A program made the translations under genes and the position numbers. Below, piece after piece: positions 23,542 through 36,754 of a stretch of DNA of 64,000 bases. Within the stretch, counting starts at the first letter, position 1. Every line of letters begins with the position of its first letter. This stretch comes from Ancylonema sp. (lineage: Eukaryota). Location: positions 62,001 through 126,000 of the forward strand of contig JBFLGF010000012.1 of the NCBI GenBank assembly GCA_050230475.1. Direction: 5' to 3'. Below the pieces are notes generated by a model. The model saw only the letters and a program-made list of their open reading frames with translations. It ran no database searches and was not told the origin of the DNA.

Positions 23542-25065
23542 CATGCCATGTGTCACTTGTGTCAGACATCGATGCTCTGACACACAGTGTCGTGCGCCCA
23601 ACGCAACCTGCCACACATCTAAAGTCAAATATTCACGGACATTACCATACGTTGAGTTTCCCCTTTAAATACATATCTTAAAAGTACTCCCGCTAAATCA
23701 ATGAAGCGAAACGAAACTCCCGTATAACGAAACCCACTAATTGCTAAGACGAAAAACTTCCTTTATTAAAGTAAGTATGGTATTGTTCCATCATGGCCCC
23801 TCTAAAATTGGCTGAGCTATCTAAGGTATTCCCCTTTCGCGAAATCTATCCAAGCCATAAATAAAACGATCTCCATCAAACATTTCTTCCGAAGAGTGTG
23901 CTTGAACGTAGTTCCTTTTCAAATTTGATGTAGCAAGAGTAATCGGCCACGTGCATGATAGCATGTCTGAGCCGTGAAGTGTGAAGTGATTGCAATGAAA
24001 TATGGAGCAACACGCTTGCATGCACAAGATCTTCCAATATAAAATGACACTTGACAACATAGAGAATCGAAGCATCAATGAGGAGCTAAGGGTTTTGGTG
24101 TCGAACTCAACGATACACCTATTTGAAGGATCTGCGAATTGGCGACGGGAACATGAAAATATGCTTAGTGTTTGCAAAATATGTGAATTTGGGTTTGCTC
24201 TTACACAATAGATCAAACCAAGATAATGTTTACAACGACTTATATCCAAGAAGGTTTGAGTGTCCCTTGCCAACTCTTGCCTCCTCTCGCCATAACAAGA
24301 AGAGCTCCAATGTTGAGAAATACTCCAAATGCTTGTATCTTGTAGATGGGATTTGAGTACATGCATCGAATGTGAGGCGTACCTACCTCACCTAGTTAAA
24401 AGTACATGAGTGGATACACATACGGATGCTTGCTCATGACACACACTTGCTCATGACAGACAACAGTGGCTCAATGTAGCTTTTTGTTAGGGCCAATCTT
24501 TTTTCAATGCCGAGTCTCTTTCCAAGCGACGAATTTATATTTCATCCGGCCCACACCAATTCATCGCACTTGGAGTGCACTCGAACTCCACTACGTTTAT
24601 TTGTATAACACGTGTCTAATCTCACCCGAAGTTCCCATGAAATGTGAGGATTTATTTTTTTTCCCAGTGGAAGGTCCGGTTTTTTTTGTTTTGTTTTAAT
24701 CACGAGTACAGTTTGGTATTTTTAAATCTCTTCATCTATCTTCACGTCTGACCCTACGAAACTCAATCCGAATTACGTCTGGACCAGTCTATCTTTACAC
24801 GTGTGTAGTCCAACGGGTTGAACAAAATTCACCAAGTGCAAGGCAAGAGGTCCGTCCACCCATCCCTAGAGACTAGTCGCCTAGTCGACTGGTGACATGC
24901 AATATGTATGAGTAGCTAAAACTTCTCCTAACATCCTTCCACACTTACTTGTGCACCATTCACTAAAGATTGTTATCCCGCCTCATGCAAGCCACACATC
25001 ATCCGACACAATATTGCAAGTACTCTGATGCCCCACTACCACACACTCTGTGTACTCATTCTCAG

Positions 25066-25776
25066 CTACGTGCGCTGCTCTTCTATAGTTGGAAGACGAG
25101 GCTGCCGTTTGTCACCTTCCTCGAAATCATCTAAGCCTGCTTGGAGAGTTGGAACCGAGGTGTAGACAGATGTCTGATCGCCCCAGGAGGACCCCCTTTC
25201 CCTTATGGTGTGCTCTAAGACACACTGAGGGACACACTTGTGGAACATGCTTCCAGACAAGCAGTCTGGCTGAGGAGGGGAGGGTGGGCACACTAGAGGT
25301 AGAGAGGACCCGGGCACAGGCCTCTGAACAGGTATAAAAACTGGTGTTGGCGCAGGGAGAACTCGAGAAGAGTTTCTGTCTAAAGATGTGGCTCGGGACA
25401 AGGTTGGGGGTTCTACAAAACAAACAGGACGAGAGCGGAAGAGATCGCCTGTACAGGAAATAGGATGTCGTGGACTCCAGTCACTATCCACGTCGCTCTC
25501 CCGTTGGTAGGTGGTTGAGGCAGATGGATGAGGCCATGAGAAAGGGGTTGCTTTGGGAGTTTGGTCCGGGTCCTGTCCTGGTGCAATGCAATCTGCATCT
25601 TCTGGCGGGTTCGAACTGCGAAATCGGGAGCTGGAGATGCAGGTAAGTCGAGAAGTCGAGAAACTGCCCGATATCCTTCCGCAGGACGCAGCAGTTTCTG
25701 ACGAGTCAGGACGGACCGTAGAGCGCACCTGCAGGTCCTCCACCGCAGAATGGCACTGGAAATCGAGGACGCCCAT
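25066..25776 (-). CDS. Duplicate of hypothetical ORF 19941-20651
   Basis: Identical translation. Confidence 0.45.
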   Translation of the reverse strand: MGVLDFQCHSAVEDLQVRSTVRPDSSETAASCGRISGSFSTSRLTCISSSRFRSSNPPEDADCIAPGQDPDQTPKATPFSWPHPSASTTYQRESDVDSDWSPRHPISCTGDLFRSRPVCFVEPPTLSRATSLDRNSSRVLPAPTPVFIPVQRPVPGSSLPLVCPPSPPQPDCLSGSMFHKCVPQCVLEHTIRERGSSWGDQTSVYTSVPTLQAGLDDFEEGDKRQPRLPTIEEQRT

Positions 25777-27057
25777 CGGTAATGTTAAGGCAGCGCCCGG
25801 TCAATCATAGAGCGCGGTCTCGCATATTGACCCTGTAGCCAACAAAACGAAGTAAGTGTGGAGTCCGACCGTGCCAAACTAATGTGAGGTGTATGATGGG
25901 AATTTCAATGCCTCGCAGTGCAGATCGTTACCGTCAAGCCAAGGTTTTCCTGCTCCAGTAAAGTTTTCTTTTTCCCAGTGCAAGCCCGTTTCTATGCAAT
26001 CTTTCTTCGCCGTGTTCGGAACCGTGACGACATTACACCTGGTCAGTATTCGACCGAATTGTCCGTTACCATTTTAGGCGTGGCAATGCTTTCCCAACTC
26101 CCTTTTTAAACCCGGAATACCGTCTTTCTGCGTACCCTGCTTCGAAGCTAAAATTTACTCGTCATGCCCAGTCTATGTGCCAGTCTATGTGCCATCTCCT
26201 GTCCTCGGCTGGGGATGGACCATTGGCACGGAAGACGACCAACATGAAGGAGGGATGAGCTGGAAAACGAATAAAGACACGTATCCGAGTGGCAAACGAC
26301 GAAATGACGGTCGGGAGTATTTTGTTGGAGATGGACACACACAAAAGCGGGGGATGGGCGACGATGGACGAGCCTATCCATCCCAACTTTGGACATCCCA
26401 ACTCGCAACCTGAACTCAATTGTGCCACCTTGCAGACCAGTTCAGGAAAGTCCGTAAGATGCCGCTTGCTAACGGAATACACTGGTTGCCAGTTTGGGGA
26501 ATATTTTCTTACCGGAAGAATCGGGCTGGGAAGGATGGCTGGTCGCCCGCACGGTAGGCGATTAGGCTGTGTCGGACCGATTTCCACCTTCACCTCATCC
26601 CGTATGCACGGTTCTGAGCGAAGTTTTACTGGCAACTGCCATGCCCTCCCTTCAGGACGTCAATCCATACCTTTTTCAAAAAGATGAGAATGATGACGAG
26701 CCTATGGTGACGTAAAACCGACAAGTTGGCGCTCGGTGCGAAAATGTCCGTAATCACCTTGAAAACGACTTGACATGGAACATTCCATAACTTGCCTCCA
26801 CCTAGTTTCTTAAATCTGGAGGCCATTTTCGTTTTCTGGTCGTTCCGCTGCATCCGCGTTGTGAGACCTTTTCGAAAGTATTAACCCGGCGCTATAGCGA
26901 AATCGGAGAAATCGTGGATCAACCGGTCCATAGTACCTCAGGGCGACTGACATCTCGCAGCGAACCTTCACGATCGCGCTATACCGCAACAAATTAGACC
27001 CTTGAGCCAACACATCTGTTTTCTAATGCAGCGATTTTGTGTCCATTCGATCCGGTA

Positions 27058-30000
27058 ATGAAGGTCATGGGTTGCAGCTTATTATTTTGCTGCTCCCGTA
27101 GATGTAAGCGTGGGAACCGTTTGAGAGTCACGTCATGCACGGCACGGATCCGGACACATTATGGGCTCTGCCGCCCTATGCTGTCCCTCCTCATTCCCCT
27201 CATAGCAGGGTGTGCTGTGTCAGCTCAGTCCCTTTTCGGAGGAACCTTCGAGAACGACAGCGGCTGTTCGAGAGAGAGTGCCCTTGTGGGCTTCGTAGCC
27301 GACTTGGGCATGCTGCAGCATCAGCTGAGGGGCCGAGTAGAGATCACAAACGATTGCGCATTCAAGGTGAGCATCTGCAAGTAGGCAGCCCTGAGGATCC
27401 AACTGCAGCAGGCACAAGAAATGCGGGAAAGTGGGCATCGGGTGCAGGTATCGGGGTTCGATATGCTTCCAGGAGAGCAGGTCTTCTGGTGGGGGGCTAA
27501 GTCTGCTGCGCTTTCGGATATGCTGACTGGGTTCCCCGTGAATAAGGAGCCTTTGGTCGGGACCTACAACGGCCAGAGCCTCGAAGTCCAGCTGGACAAT
27601 GTGACATGGGATGACATGGGCATCCTGGCTGTTTGGTCCACCGAGATGGCATCTGACTATGGGCACATTGTACTTTCGACCAACTTCACTGAAACCGAAG
27701 AACCAGGGCTCCCCCCCCCACCCCCGTTTCCACCTCCTGTACCCCACCCACCTCCCCACCCCCTTGCCCTCAGCCCAGCAGATGTGGGGGTATTTCCAGA
27801 AGAGGAAGGCCCGACCTCTGCCCCAATCCCAGATTCAGAAGCTGGTCCCTATCTGCCACCGGCTCCTAGGCCAGATGCTGCACTCCTATTGGCTCCCCCC
27901 CCTCCCGAAAAACTCGGTCCAGCGCGCCCCACTATGTTCGACAACTGTCTGCAGCTCAGCCACCGCTTCCGGGTCCGATGGACCGTGGCCCCCGACAAAG
28001 CAAGCGTGGACGTGGGGCTGGAGGCGGCCGTGGACCTCAACTCCTATCTCGCCTTCGGATGGGCCAATCCGGAAGCCCTGGATGACCTCATGCCATATGC
28101 TGACCTCATCATCGCAGGGTACAATGACATGGTGAGGTTGCAGCCAGGGATGGGAAGGAGGTGGGCCAGCCGGGGGATTGAGAGTCGTGTGGGTGGTGTT
28201 TTAGGGGGAGCCCTTTGCGGAGGACTACTTTGCGAGGGGGAAGGTGGAGTGCAATTGGAAGGTCAAGGCGCCCAAGGGGGTGTGCCCCGACTCCTTTCTG
28301 GGGGGGGACAACCCGGACCTCAACAATGTACAGCTGGTCTGGGGGCAACGCGTGGACGGTAAGGCGCACATTCTAGGGTTCAGGGGGTAGGGTTCAAGCC
28401 CAGTAGGGTGGTCCTCTGTGCAGGCATCACTCTCATCCGGGCGCACCGCCCTCTGGTCACTCTGGACAATGATTTCGACCACGTGTTGAACGCCTCGAAG
28501 CAGATGAGCGTGGTGTGGGCATTAGGGCCCCTACGCCCGGGAGACCTCACAAATCCCCATATGACGCCCACCAACCACGGGCTGCCACAGGGGGGGACCT
28601 TCGGGGTGGCAGTGCTGACCCTGGACAGGCAGATGGACGACTGCCAGAGCGTGTTGACCCCTCTAGTGGCTGACGTGGGACGCGTGGTGGTTGCGGATCG
28701 TGGGACAAGTCTGGCGGTGACGGCAGGCGAGGCCATGCACTACCCCAACCCACCCTCGTCAGGGAAGAGCTTCTTTGTGAACGGCTACGAGGCTCCGGTG
28801 CTTAAGGTGGGGACAGGGCAGCCTGGGTGTGGTGGGGGGTAGCAGGAGCTGCTGTGGTTGGCAGGTTGGAATGGGAGGGTCGTAGGGTTCAAGGGTTGGG
28901 GGGGTTGGACCTGGATGCAGGTGGAGCGCGGGGTACCCGTGCAATTCTCAGTCCAGGCAGGGCACTCCACACCGCTGTACATCACCTCGGACCCCATTGG
29001 GGGGGGGCTGAACCCCAACCAGACCGTCTACGCTGGTGGTTTGGAGGCGCACGGGGTGCCAGCTGTGCCCTACCTGCTGTCGTGGACCCCCAACGGCACC
29101 ACGCCAGACTCTGTGTACTACCAGGTCCCTGTCCCCCCCCACACTCCCACCTCCAGCCCCCGTCAGTGCCTGCAGCTGACACTTTGGGTTTTGGGTGTGG
29201 GGCTCAGGCCTACAGCACTCCCACGATGGGGTGGCAGGTCCAGGTGGTGGACGGCGGCCTCTCGGACATGTACTCCAACAGCTCCCTGCTGGCAGTCGGG
29301 ATGGTGACGCTCTTCTGGACCCTCTCCTCCACCCACCTCAGCTTTGCAGCCAGGGCAGAGCAGCCCAGCGGCTACTTGGCAATCGCCTTTGGGAGGTACC
29401 ATCCCCTCTCATCTCATGCCACGCCCACACCTCACCCCCCCCTCCCCCCTCCCCCCTCTTTCCAGAGGCATGGTGAACTCGTATGCGTACGTGGGGTGGG
29501 GGGACGAGGAGGGCGTGGGGCAGGTGCACTCGTACTACATCGACGCCAAGGGGGCCGCAGGGGTGCACCCCTCTACAGAGGACCTCACTCTGGTGAAGAC
29601 GGCAGTGCAGGGCGGCCGCCTGACGTTCGAAGTCAGCCGCGTGCTGCGCCCCTCCAAGTGTGTGGCCCTGTGCAACGTGGTGGACCCGCTGGTGCCCCTC
29701 AAGGTGCTGTGGGCGATGGGGACCACGTGGACAGCTGGCAACCTGTCGCACCTCAACATGCACAACCTGATGAGTGAGAGCGCCACTGTGATCGACCTGG
29801 TGGCCGGCACGGCGGCAGTGGAGAAGCTGCAGCCTGTGTTTGCAGTGCACGGCTTCATCATGTTCATCGCGTGGGGCGTGCTCATCCCCTCCGGCCTGCT
29901 GGCCGCCCGCTACTTACGTCAGAGTCACGCAGACTGGCTGCAGTGAGACCGCTCACCTTCACCCGGCCTTGCAGAGGAGCAGAGGAGTGGGGGTGAGTCT

Positions 30001-30817
30001 GAGTGGGAGGGGGTGCAGAATCCACATGTACTCCCAGTGGTCAGGCGTGGCCTGCATGCTGCTGGGGCTGCTGTTTGCGGTAGGGGAGCTGCAGGGGCTG
30101 GACTTCTCCTCCTTCCACGCCAAGGTGGGCATCTGTGCCATTCTGTTGGCCCTAGGGCAGCCCCTCAATGCCTACTTCCGCCCACCCAAAGCGCCCACAG
30201 GAGAGAGGCCACGTCCGCAACGCCTGGCCTGGCAGTGGGCCCACCAGTAAGGAGGGGGTCGGGGTGGGGGTGGGGATGGGAAGGGGCAGGGTACACCACT
30301 TGACTGTGTCGGTCTGTTGCTTGCGCAGTCTATCGGGGCGGACGTGTGCGGGGCTCGCGTGTGTGGCGCTGATGAGTGGGGTGGTGACACTGGGGAGTAA
30401 GTATGGGGGGGACGACTACACGGTGGAGGGGGTGGTGTGGGCCATGGCAGCGTGGCTGGGGGGGATCACGTTGCTCACGCTCTACCTGGAGAACAGACGG
30501 AAAAGAAGGGAAAGGTGAGACGGCTCCGGGATGGAGAATGGTGCGGTGGGTTGGGAATGTTGGTGCTGAGTGGTTGGGGTGGGAAACCGCGGGTTTGCAG
30601 GTGGCGTGGTGACGATTCTTCGGGAGGGGCCAACGGAGGCACCATGAATGGCGCTGCAAGCGCAATTCTGGATGATGATGAAGATGACGATGAGGAAGCT
30701 TCTAGAGATCTTCTGCAATCGAGTAGAGAGGCTGTGGAACATGGAGGGGGGGGGGGGGGAGGGCGATCAAGTAGTAGACAAAAAGAAGTGGAGTTAGAGC
30801 CTTTGCAAACAAAATGA
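27058..30817 (+). CDS. DM13, DOMON and cytochrome b561 domain protein (At5g54830-like), multi-exon; start may be 27178
   Basis: HQLRGRVEITNDCAFK|VSGFDMLPG..WWGA (DM13); PTMFDNC..FRVRWT..YLAFGWA (DOMON); HYPNPP..VERGVPVQFSVQAGH; second DOMON; AVHGFIMFIAWG..AARY, IHMYSQ, FHAKVG (b561 histidines); GT-AG introns join the frames. Confidence 0.92.
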
Positions 30818-31391
30818 TCGGTCGAAGGCATCAATTGCAAGGCAAAATTGTGTAAATAAAGAGTGGGTGTGCATTCACTCTTTATAATATTTTATTCATT
30901 ATTTAGTTTGATGGCGCGCCGAATTGCAGCTCTTGCAAGATCGTTTTTTTTCTATAATGCGAGAAGAGGTTGTATTAGGCCAACGAGTTGTGGTACCACG
31001 AGGTTCCCTTTCCACCAATTTGCATCTCCTAGCAGCAATGATGACTTGGGTTCCATCCTAGCTTCAAATCGTCATCGCGTGTGCATGCATGTGCATGCAT
31101 CTGCATGCCACAACAATCCACACCGACCCCTAATTACCTACAATTGTAGGAAAGATCTAAGGGTTAAGACCTAGATGAGCTCATAGACGTGTATGACATA
31201 CATCATTGCGACTCTAGGAGAACATTCTTTGAAAAATTGTTGATAATGACCAAACAATTCATGGAGTGCTGAGTGTCTCACCATCGAATGAATCGGTTTG
31301 TCTTGTTAGTTGCAGCACAGAACGATGATGAAGAAGATTACAAGGTGGAGTTGATTCGTGAAACACGTTTGTGTGCACACATGCATAAGTT

Positions 31392-32209
31392 TATTAAAGA
31401 CACGGCTTTAATGTTCCCGGCCCTTGAGGATAGTCAGAAATGAAGATCGTGTCTGGTTTTGACTTGAAAATGAATCATGAAGACTTGATAGACTGAGCAC
31501 ATCATTCTTTAATTCGTTATGATGTGAGTTATATGCAAGGATCTAGTACAACAGCTGCGTAGTACGTCCCACGAATTACCGAGCCCAATGTAATGACATG
31601 TTTACCCATGACTGATACCCTGGATTTCATTTTTTAATGCTTGCATGTAAACTTGGGTCTCCATGATCATTTGAATCGGTGTCGAATTTCGATAACAACT
31701 ACATTGTTTGTACTCGAGTACACATTTATACAAAACTTTCCTACAAAAAAAACTCGAGTAATACACACGCATTACCCTCATTTCCCATAAACATTTCCTG
31801 GACAGATTATCAACGATGCCCTATTTTACGCCTCCTAGACAAGGAAGTCAAAGACATGCACTCCCGCATGATCTCTAACTACAAACCAACGCCAACTGCT
31901 CTCTCCCACCAGGTACCCATGCTCGCCCATGTTCATTCGAAAGGGCAACTCCACGGTGTCGCCTGAAGGCAGCGTCCACAACGTCACTTTCCCGTCCGCT
32001 CCCGCGGACACCACGGTGACGTTCCCCTTTCCCGGTTGCTGCGCGTCGAACTCTAAGGCGTCGCACGGGGTACCGCAAACTTCAAGCTCCAAGAGGGCTC
32101 CCATTCGCTCTCCTTTATATGCGTCCCAAACTCGAAAGTGGGCGGTGCGGACGGAGCTATTTGGGCTCTACACAATGAGACCAGGGGTGGGGGGGGGGGG
32201 GGATTTCAA
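31392..32209. repeat. 0.82-kb duplication (copy at 32212-33029) flanking the N at 32210
   Basis: Appears identical except poly-G length; offset 820. Confidence 0.95.
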
Positions 32210-32654
32210 NATATTAAAGACACGGCTTTAATGTTCCCGGCCCTTGAGGATAGTCAGAAATGAAGATCGTGTCTGGTTTTGACTTGAAAATGAATCATGA
32301 AGACTTGATAGACTGAGCACATCATTCTTTAATTCGTTATGATGTGAGTTATATGCAAGGATCTAGTACAACAGCTGCGTAGTACGTCCCACGAATTACC
32401 GAGCCCAATGTAATGACATGTTTACCCATGACTGATACCCTGGATTTCATTTTTTAATGCTTGCATGTAAACTTGGGTCTCCATGATCATTTGAATCGGT
32501 GTCGAATTTCGATAACAACTACATTGTTTGTACTCGAGTACACATTTATACAAAACTTTCCTACAAAAAAAACTCGAGTAATACACACGCATTACCCTCA
32601 TTTCCCATAAACATTTCCTGGACAGATTATCAACGATGCCCTATTTTACGCCTC

Positions 32655-33574
32655 CTAGACAAGGAAGTCAAAGACATGCACTCCCGCATGATCTCTAACT
32701 ACAAACCAACGCCAACTGCTCTCTCCCACCAGGTACCCATGCTCGCCCATGTTCATTCGAAAGGGCAACTCCACGGTGTCGCCTGAAGGCAGCGTCCACA
32801 ACGTCACTTTCCCGTCCGCTCCCGCGGACACCACGGTGACGTTCCCCTTTCCCGGTTGCTGCGCGTCGAACTCTAAGGCGTCGCACGGGGTACCGCAAAC
32901 TTCAAGCTCCAAGAGGGCTCCCATTCGCTCTCCTTTATATGCGTCCCAAACTCGAAAGTGGGCGGTGCGGACGGAGCTATTTGGGCTCTACACAATGAGA
33001 CCAGGGGTGGGGGGGGGGGGATTTCAATTCGAGTGAAGTGCACCTGTGGGCAGTCCTTCTGACCAAGGCAACCTAGGCATGTACTCTAAATTGACCATCG
33101 ACAGCATGCTGGATGGACAATGGACGTCGAGGGAGAGAGGACTCCCCAGATGTTCACAATCGGATTAAAAACATTGAAAACAAAGTCCCCATTCTGCCAT
33201 TCTGCCACCAAAGTTTCATGTGGAGGAGGCGGGGACTGACAGCAGGTCTCTGCACGGAGGCAGTGAGGCAGAAGAGGTGCTGGTTGAGGGAGAACATGGT
33301 CATCTCCTCCACGCTTGTGTACCGGAACAGGGAGGCGCGGGTCTGAGTGGCCAGGTCCCAAACCCCGACTTCGTGGCAGTCGGATCCAACGATGAGCTGC
33401 CACCCGTGAATGGAGGAGTGGCCGAAGAACACGTCCTTCACACCGCCCTCCAGGTCCAGCCGCACTTGGCACAAGTCGGTGTTGGATTTCACGTGGTGCA
33501 AAGTCAAGTGGTTCTCCGATCCCGGCATGGCTAGCACGCCTGTGCTCTGGTCAAACATGTACGCCTTGCTGTAC
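32655..33574 (-). pseudogene. Partial paralog of the F-box/WD40 gene (last two exons only)
   Basis: YSKAYMFDQSTG...QRPA and SPNSSVRTAHFRVWD...FDFLV with scattered substitutions relative to 34012-34941; exon 1 not seen before the N at 33790. Confidence 0.75.
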
Positions 33575-34011
33575 CTGGAACAGAGGGAGATGGAGAGGAA
33601 TCAGAGCGTGCCGTCAATAAGCGGCCAATGAGAAGCGGACTTGATAGAATTCTGCGCTCAGTCTGGCCCAATTCCACATCTGAGTTAGGTAGGGAGGCTG
33701 TACATCAATCGTGTTAAAGGGTGTGCACTAGTGGAGGGTCAGAGTGTTAATGGAAGACAAACCGGGTGTGTGAAGATGGATTTCTGACANAACCCTGGAT
33801 TTCATTTTTAAATGCTTGCATGTAACATTGGGTCTCCACGATCATTTGCGTCTGTGTCGAATTTCGATAACAATTGCGTGGATTGTACCCGAGTACACAT
33901 TTATACACAACTTTCCTACAAAAAAAATTCCATAGTAATACACATGCATTACCCTCATTTCCCATGAACATTTCCTGGATAGATTGTCAACGATGCCCTA
34001 TTTTACACCTC

Positions 34012-36078
34012 CTAGACGAGGAAGTCAAAGATATGCACTCCCGCATGATCTCTGACTACAATCCAACGCCAACTGCTCTCTCCCACCAGGTATCCATGCT
34101 CGCCCATGTTCATTCGAATCGGCAACTCCACGGTGTCTCCCGAAGGCAGCGTCCACAATGTCACTTTCCCGTCCGCTCCCGCGGACACCACGGTCACGTT
34201 CGCCTTTCCCGGCTGCTGCGCATCGAACTCCAAGGCGTCGCACGGGGTGCCGCAAACTTCGAGCTCCAAAAGGGCTCCCATTCGCTCTCCTTTATACGCG
34301 TCCCAAACTCGAAAGTGGGCGGTGCGGACGGAGCTGTTTGGGCTCTACACAATGAGACCAGGGGTGGGGGGGGGGGGTTTCAATTCGAGTAAAGTTCACC
34401 TGTGGGGAGTCCTTCTGACCAAGGCAGTCTAGGCATGCACTCTACATTGACCATTGACAGCATGCCGGATGGACAATGGACGTCGAGGGAGGGAGGACTC
34501 CCCAGATGTTCACAATCGGTTTGTATTTTTTTAAAAGCCCCCTTTCTGCCATTCTGCCATTCTGCCATTCTGCCATTCTGTTTCATGAGGAGGAGGCATA
34601 GACATACCGCAGGTCTCTGCACGGAGGCGGTGAGGCAGAAGAGGTGCTGGTTGAGGGAGAACATGGTCATCTCCTCCACGCTCGTGTACCGGACCAGGGA
34701 GGCGCGCGTCTGAGTGGCCAAGTCCCAAACCCCAACTTCGAGGCAGTCGGATCCCACGATCAGCTGCCACCCGTGAATGGAGGAATGGCCGAAGAACACG
34801 TCCTTCACACCGCCCTCCAGGTCCAGCCGCACTTGGCACAAGTCGGTGTTGGAGGCCACGTGGTGCAGCGTCAACTGGTTCTCCGATCCTGGCATGGCCA
34901 GCACGCCTGTGCTCTGGTCGAACATGTACGCCTTGCTGTACCTGAAACAGAGAGAGAAGGAGCGGATGAGAGGCTGACTTGATGAAACGTGCTGCGAAAG
35001 AAGAAAGACAGGGTGAAAGAAGACGGATTCATCCGAAATGCGGTTCCCTGCACAAGAGCACGGTGCGAAAGCCAGTCGGTTTAACTCACGTGCGAACCAA
35101 GGAGCCGTTGACTTGACCCGCACTGCCTGTCTCAGACGAAGGCAAGTTCCAAAGAAGAAATTCGGCATCTTCCTCCTCATCCAGCAGCCTCATTGCTGTC
35201 ATGACACATGGCAACCTCCCACTCGCCTTCCCAAGAGCGCCACCGAATTGAAGTTCCAACCGACCGTTTTGCCAAACAGGTTCCCGAATCAGCCCAGCAT
35301 CGGCCGAAGTGACCCACCACACCTCGGCCACCGGCTCACTGTGCCTCATGACAGCTGTGCATTCCCCTGTGCTCAAATTCCAAGCGCGGGCGGTTCTGTC
35401 CTCTGAAGCGGTTAGCACGAATTCCTGGTGCGGATCGACATCAATGGACTGGATGTACCCCGTGTGGCCCGTCATCACTGCGACCCGCCGCTGACTCGGG
35501 AGATCCCAAACCTCCACTCCTCCAGGAAACAGGCCCACTATGAGAAGACAGTGCTGTACGTTTACAGCGCAGACATTGGAACCGGCTGCTGCTGCGCCAT
35601 CTATGTCGTCTACGTCTGATGGCAGGTGCCACTGCTTACACTTTCCTTCTGCCCAGTTTTGTCCCGCGATGATGCGCTCCCGAAAGCGCCGTTGCCACAC
35701 GTGGCAGTGGGTGCCTTCTCCATCCACTGCGGGCTGTAGCTGCTGGTCGAAAAGACTCCACTGGGCAAGCGTAGGGCCAAATTGCCTCTTGAAAACGTGC
35801 TCCCACATGCCATCAGCGGCCTCATCAACTGCCGCTTTCCAGTCCCGGCAGACGCTCTTCACGGCGCATATTCCGCCTTCACCTTCGCCGGGACGGTAAC
35901 CGATAATCGTTTGCAGCACGACTAAGGGCAAATTCGAGATGTGCGTTTCCTGTCGGCTCGTCACGGTAACCTCGCACCCTTGCTCATCATCGACGCGTGC
36001 TACAGTGCTTCTCATCTTTCCTGCGAGAGCATCTGTCATGCGCAGCGTATTGCATTTGCGTTTTAGGGACGACGCCAT
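34012..36078 (-). CDS. F-box/WD40-repeat protein (exons 36078-35090, 34941-34608, 34344-34012)
   Basis: F-box-like ISNLPLVVLQTII...VCRDWK...MW; WD40 MTGHTGYIQSI..VLTASEDRTARAWN; GTGAGT and GTATGT donors with compatible phases. Confidence 0.82.
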
Positions 36079-36432
36079 CGCCGGGATCGCGGGGGCGGAT
36101 GAAGTCGGTGAGGTTACACTTCACCGCCAGGACGTCGTACCTGTCAGAGAGAAATTGATATTATACTAACATGAAGCATCTCCATTCCCGGCGATGGTGC
36201 TCGCAGATTGATAATGTAATCGACGTTGCGAATCGCTGAACGGCTCATGGCGGTTTCGCCAGATTTTAGTCGCACCATTGGACAATGTATGGCCCTGACT
36301 GCAGCACGCAGACAGGGCCAATCCGGGCTTGTCTTAGGGTTATTTTCTCGTACACAAGAGGGACCATTCGCCCTGACGTCTGGGGGTCTCCGCATGCTAT
36401 TGGCAACACATCCACACGGCAGAGAGAGAGTG

Positions 36433-36441
36433 GGCGGGAAA
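36433..36441 (-). promoter_or_regulatory. E2F consensus site (TTTCCCGCC)
   Basis: GGCGGGAAA on plus strand in the divergent F-box/ORC1 intergenic region. Confidence 0.55.
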
Positions 36442-36596
36442 GAAAGATATCGTCTTTGGTGGACGCATAATCAGGTGTCCAAACTGCCAGCTCGTCATAG
36501 CTTTTCAAGCGTGTCAGATGACGTCATGCTCCATAGGAGCGATGTGTCAATCTGATTCGACGGAAAATGAGCTTGCCACGTGGTACTTGCGCGTAG

Positions 36597-36608
36597 TTTT
36601 GGCGGGAA
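36597..36608. promoter_or_regulatory. Overlapping double E2F-like site TTTTGGCGGGAA upstream of ORC1
   Basis: TTTGGCGG on plus and TTCCCGCC on minus, about 150 bp before the ATG at 36755; ORC1 is an established E2F target. Confidence 0.65.
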
Positions 36609-36754
36609 CTGCCGACTTGGTTCCCCTCACAAACTGGAAATTCGAGCTGATCGCGCTCAACGAAAGTCTCCTCCGCCTTGGAAATCCATGTCACGGCGCT
36701 ACATTATTGTGTCAAAACGCACCGGTCCAAAGTAGTTGACCGATCTTTGGGCGG

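Larger units (their letters stand above)
22739..26881. repeat. 4.1-kb duplication, copy 2
   Basis: Matches 17614-21756; continues into the upstream region of the DOMON gene. Confidence 0.95.

Noticed and set aside
31392..33029. 820-bp tandem duplication as a biological event
   Set aside because: Copies differ only in poly-G length and abut a single N, typical of a contig-overlap artefact.
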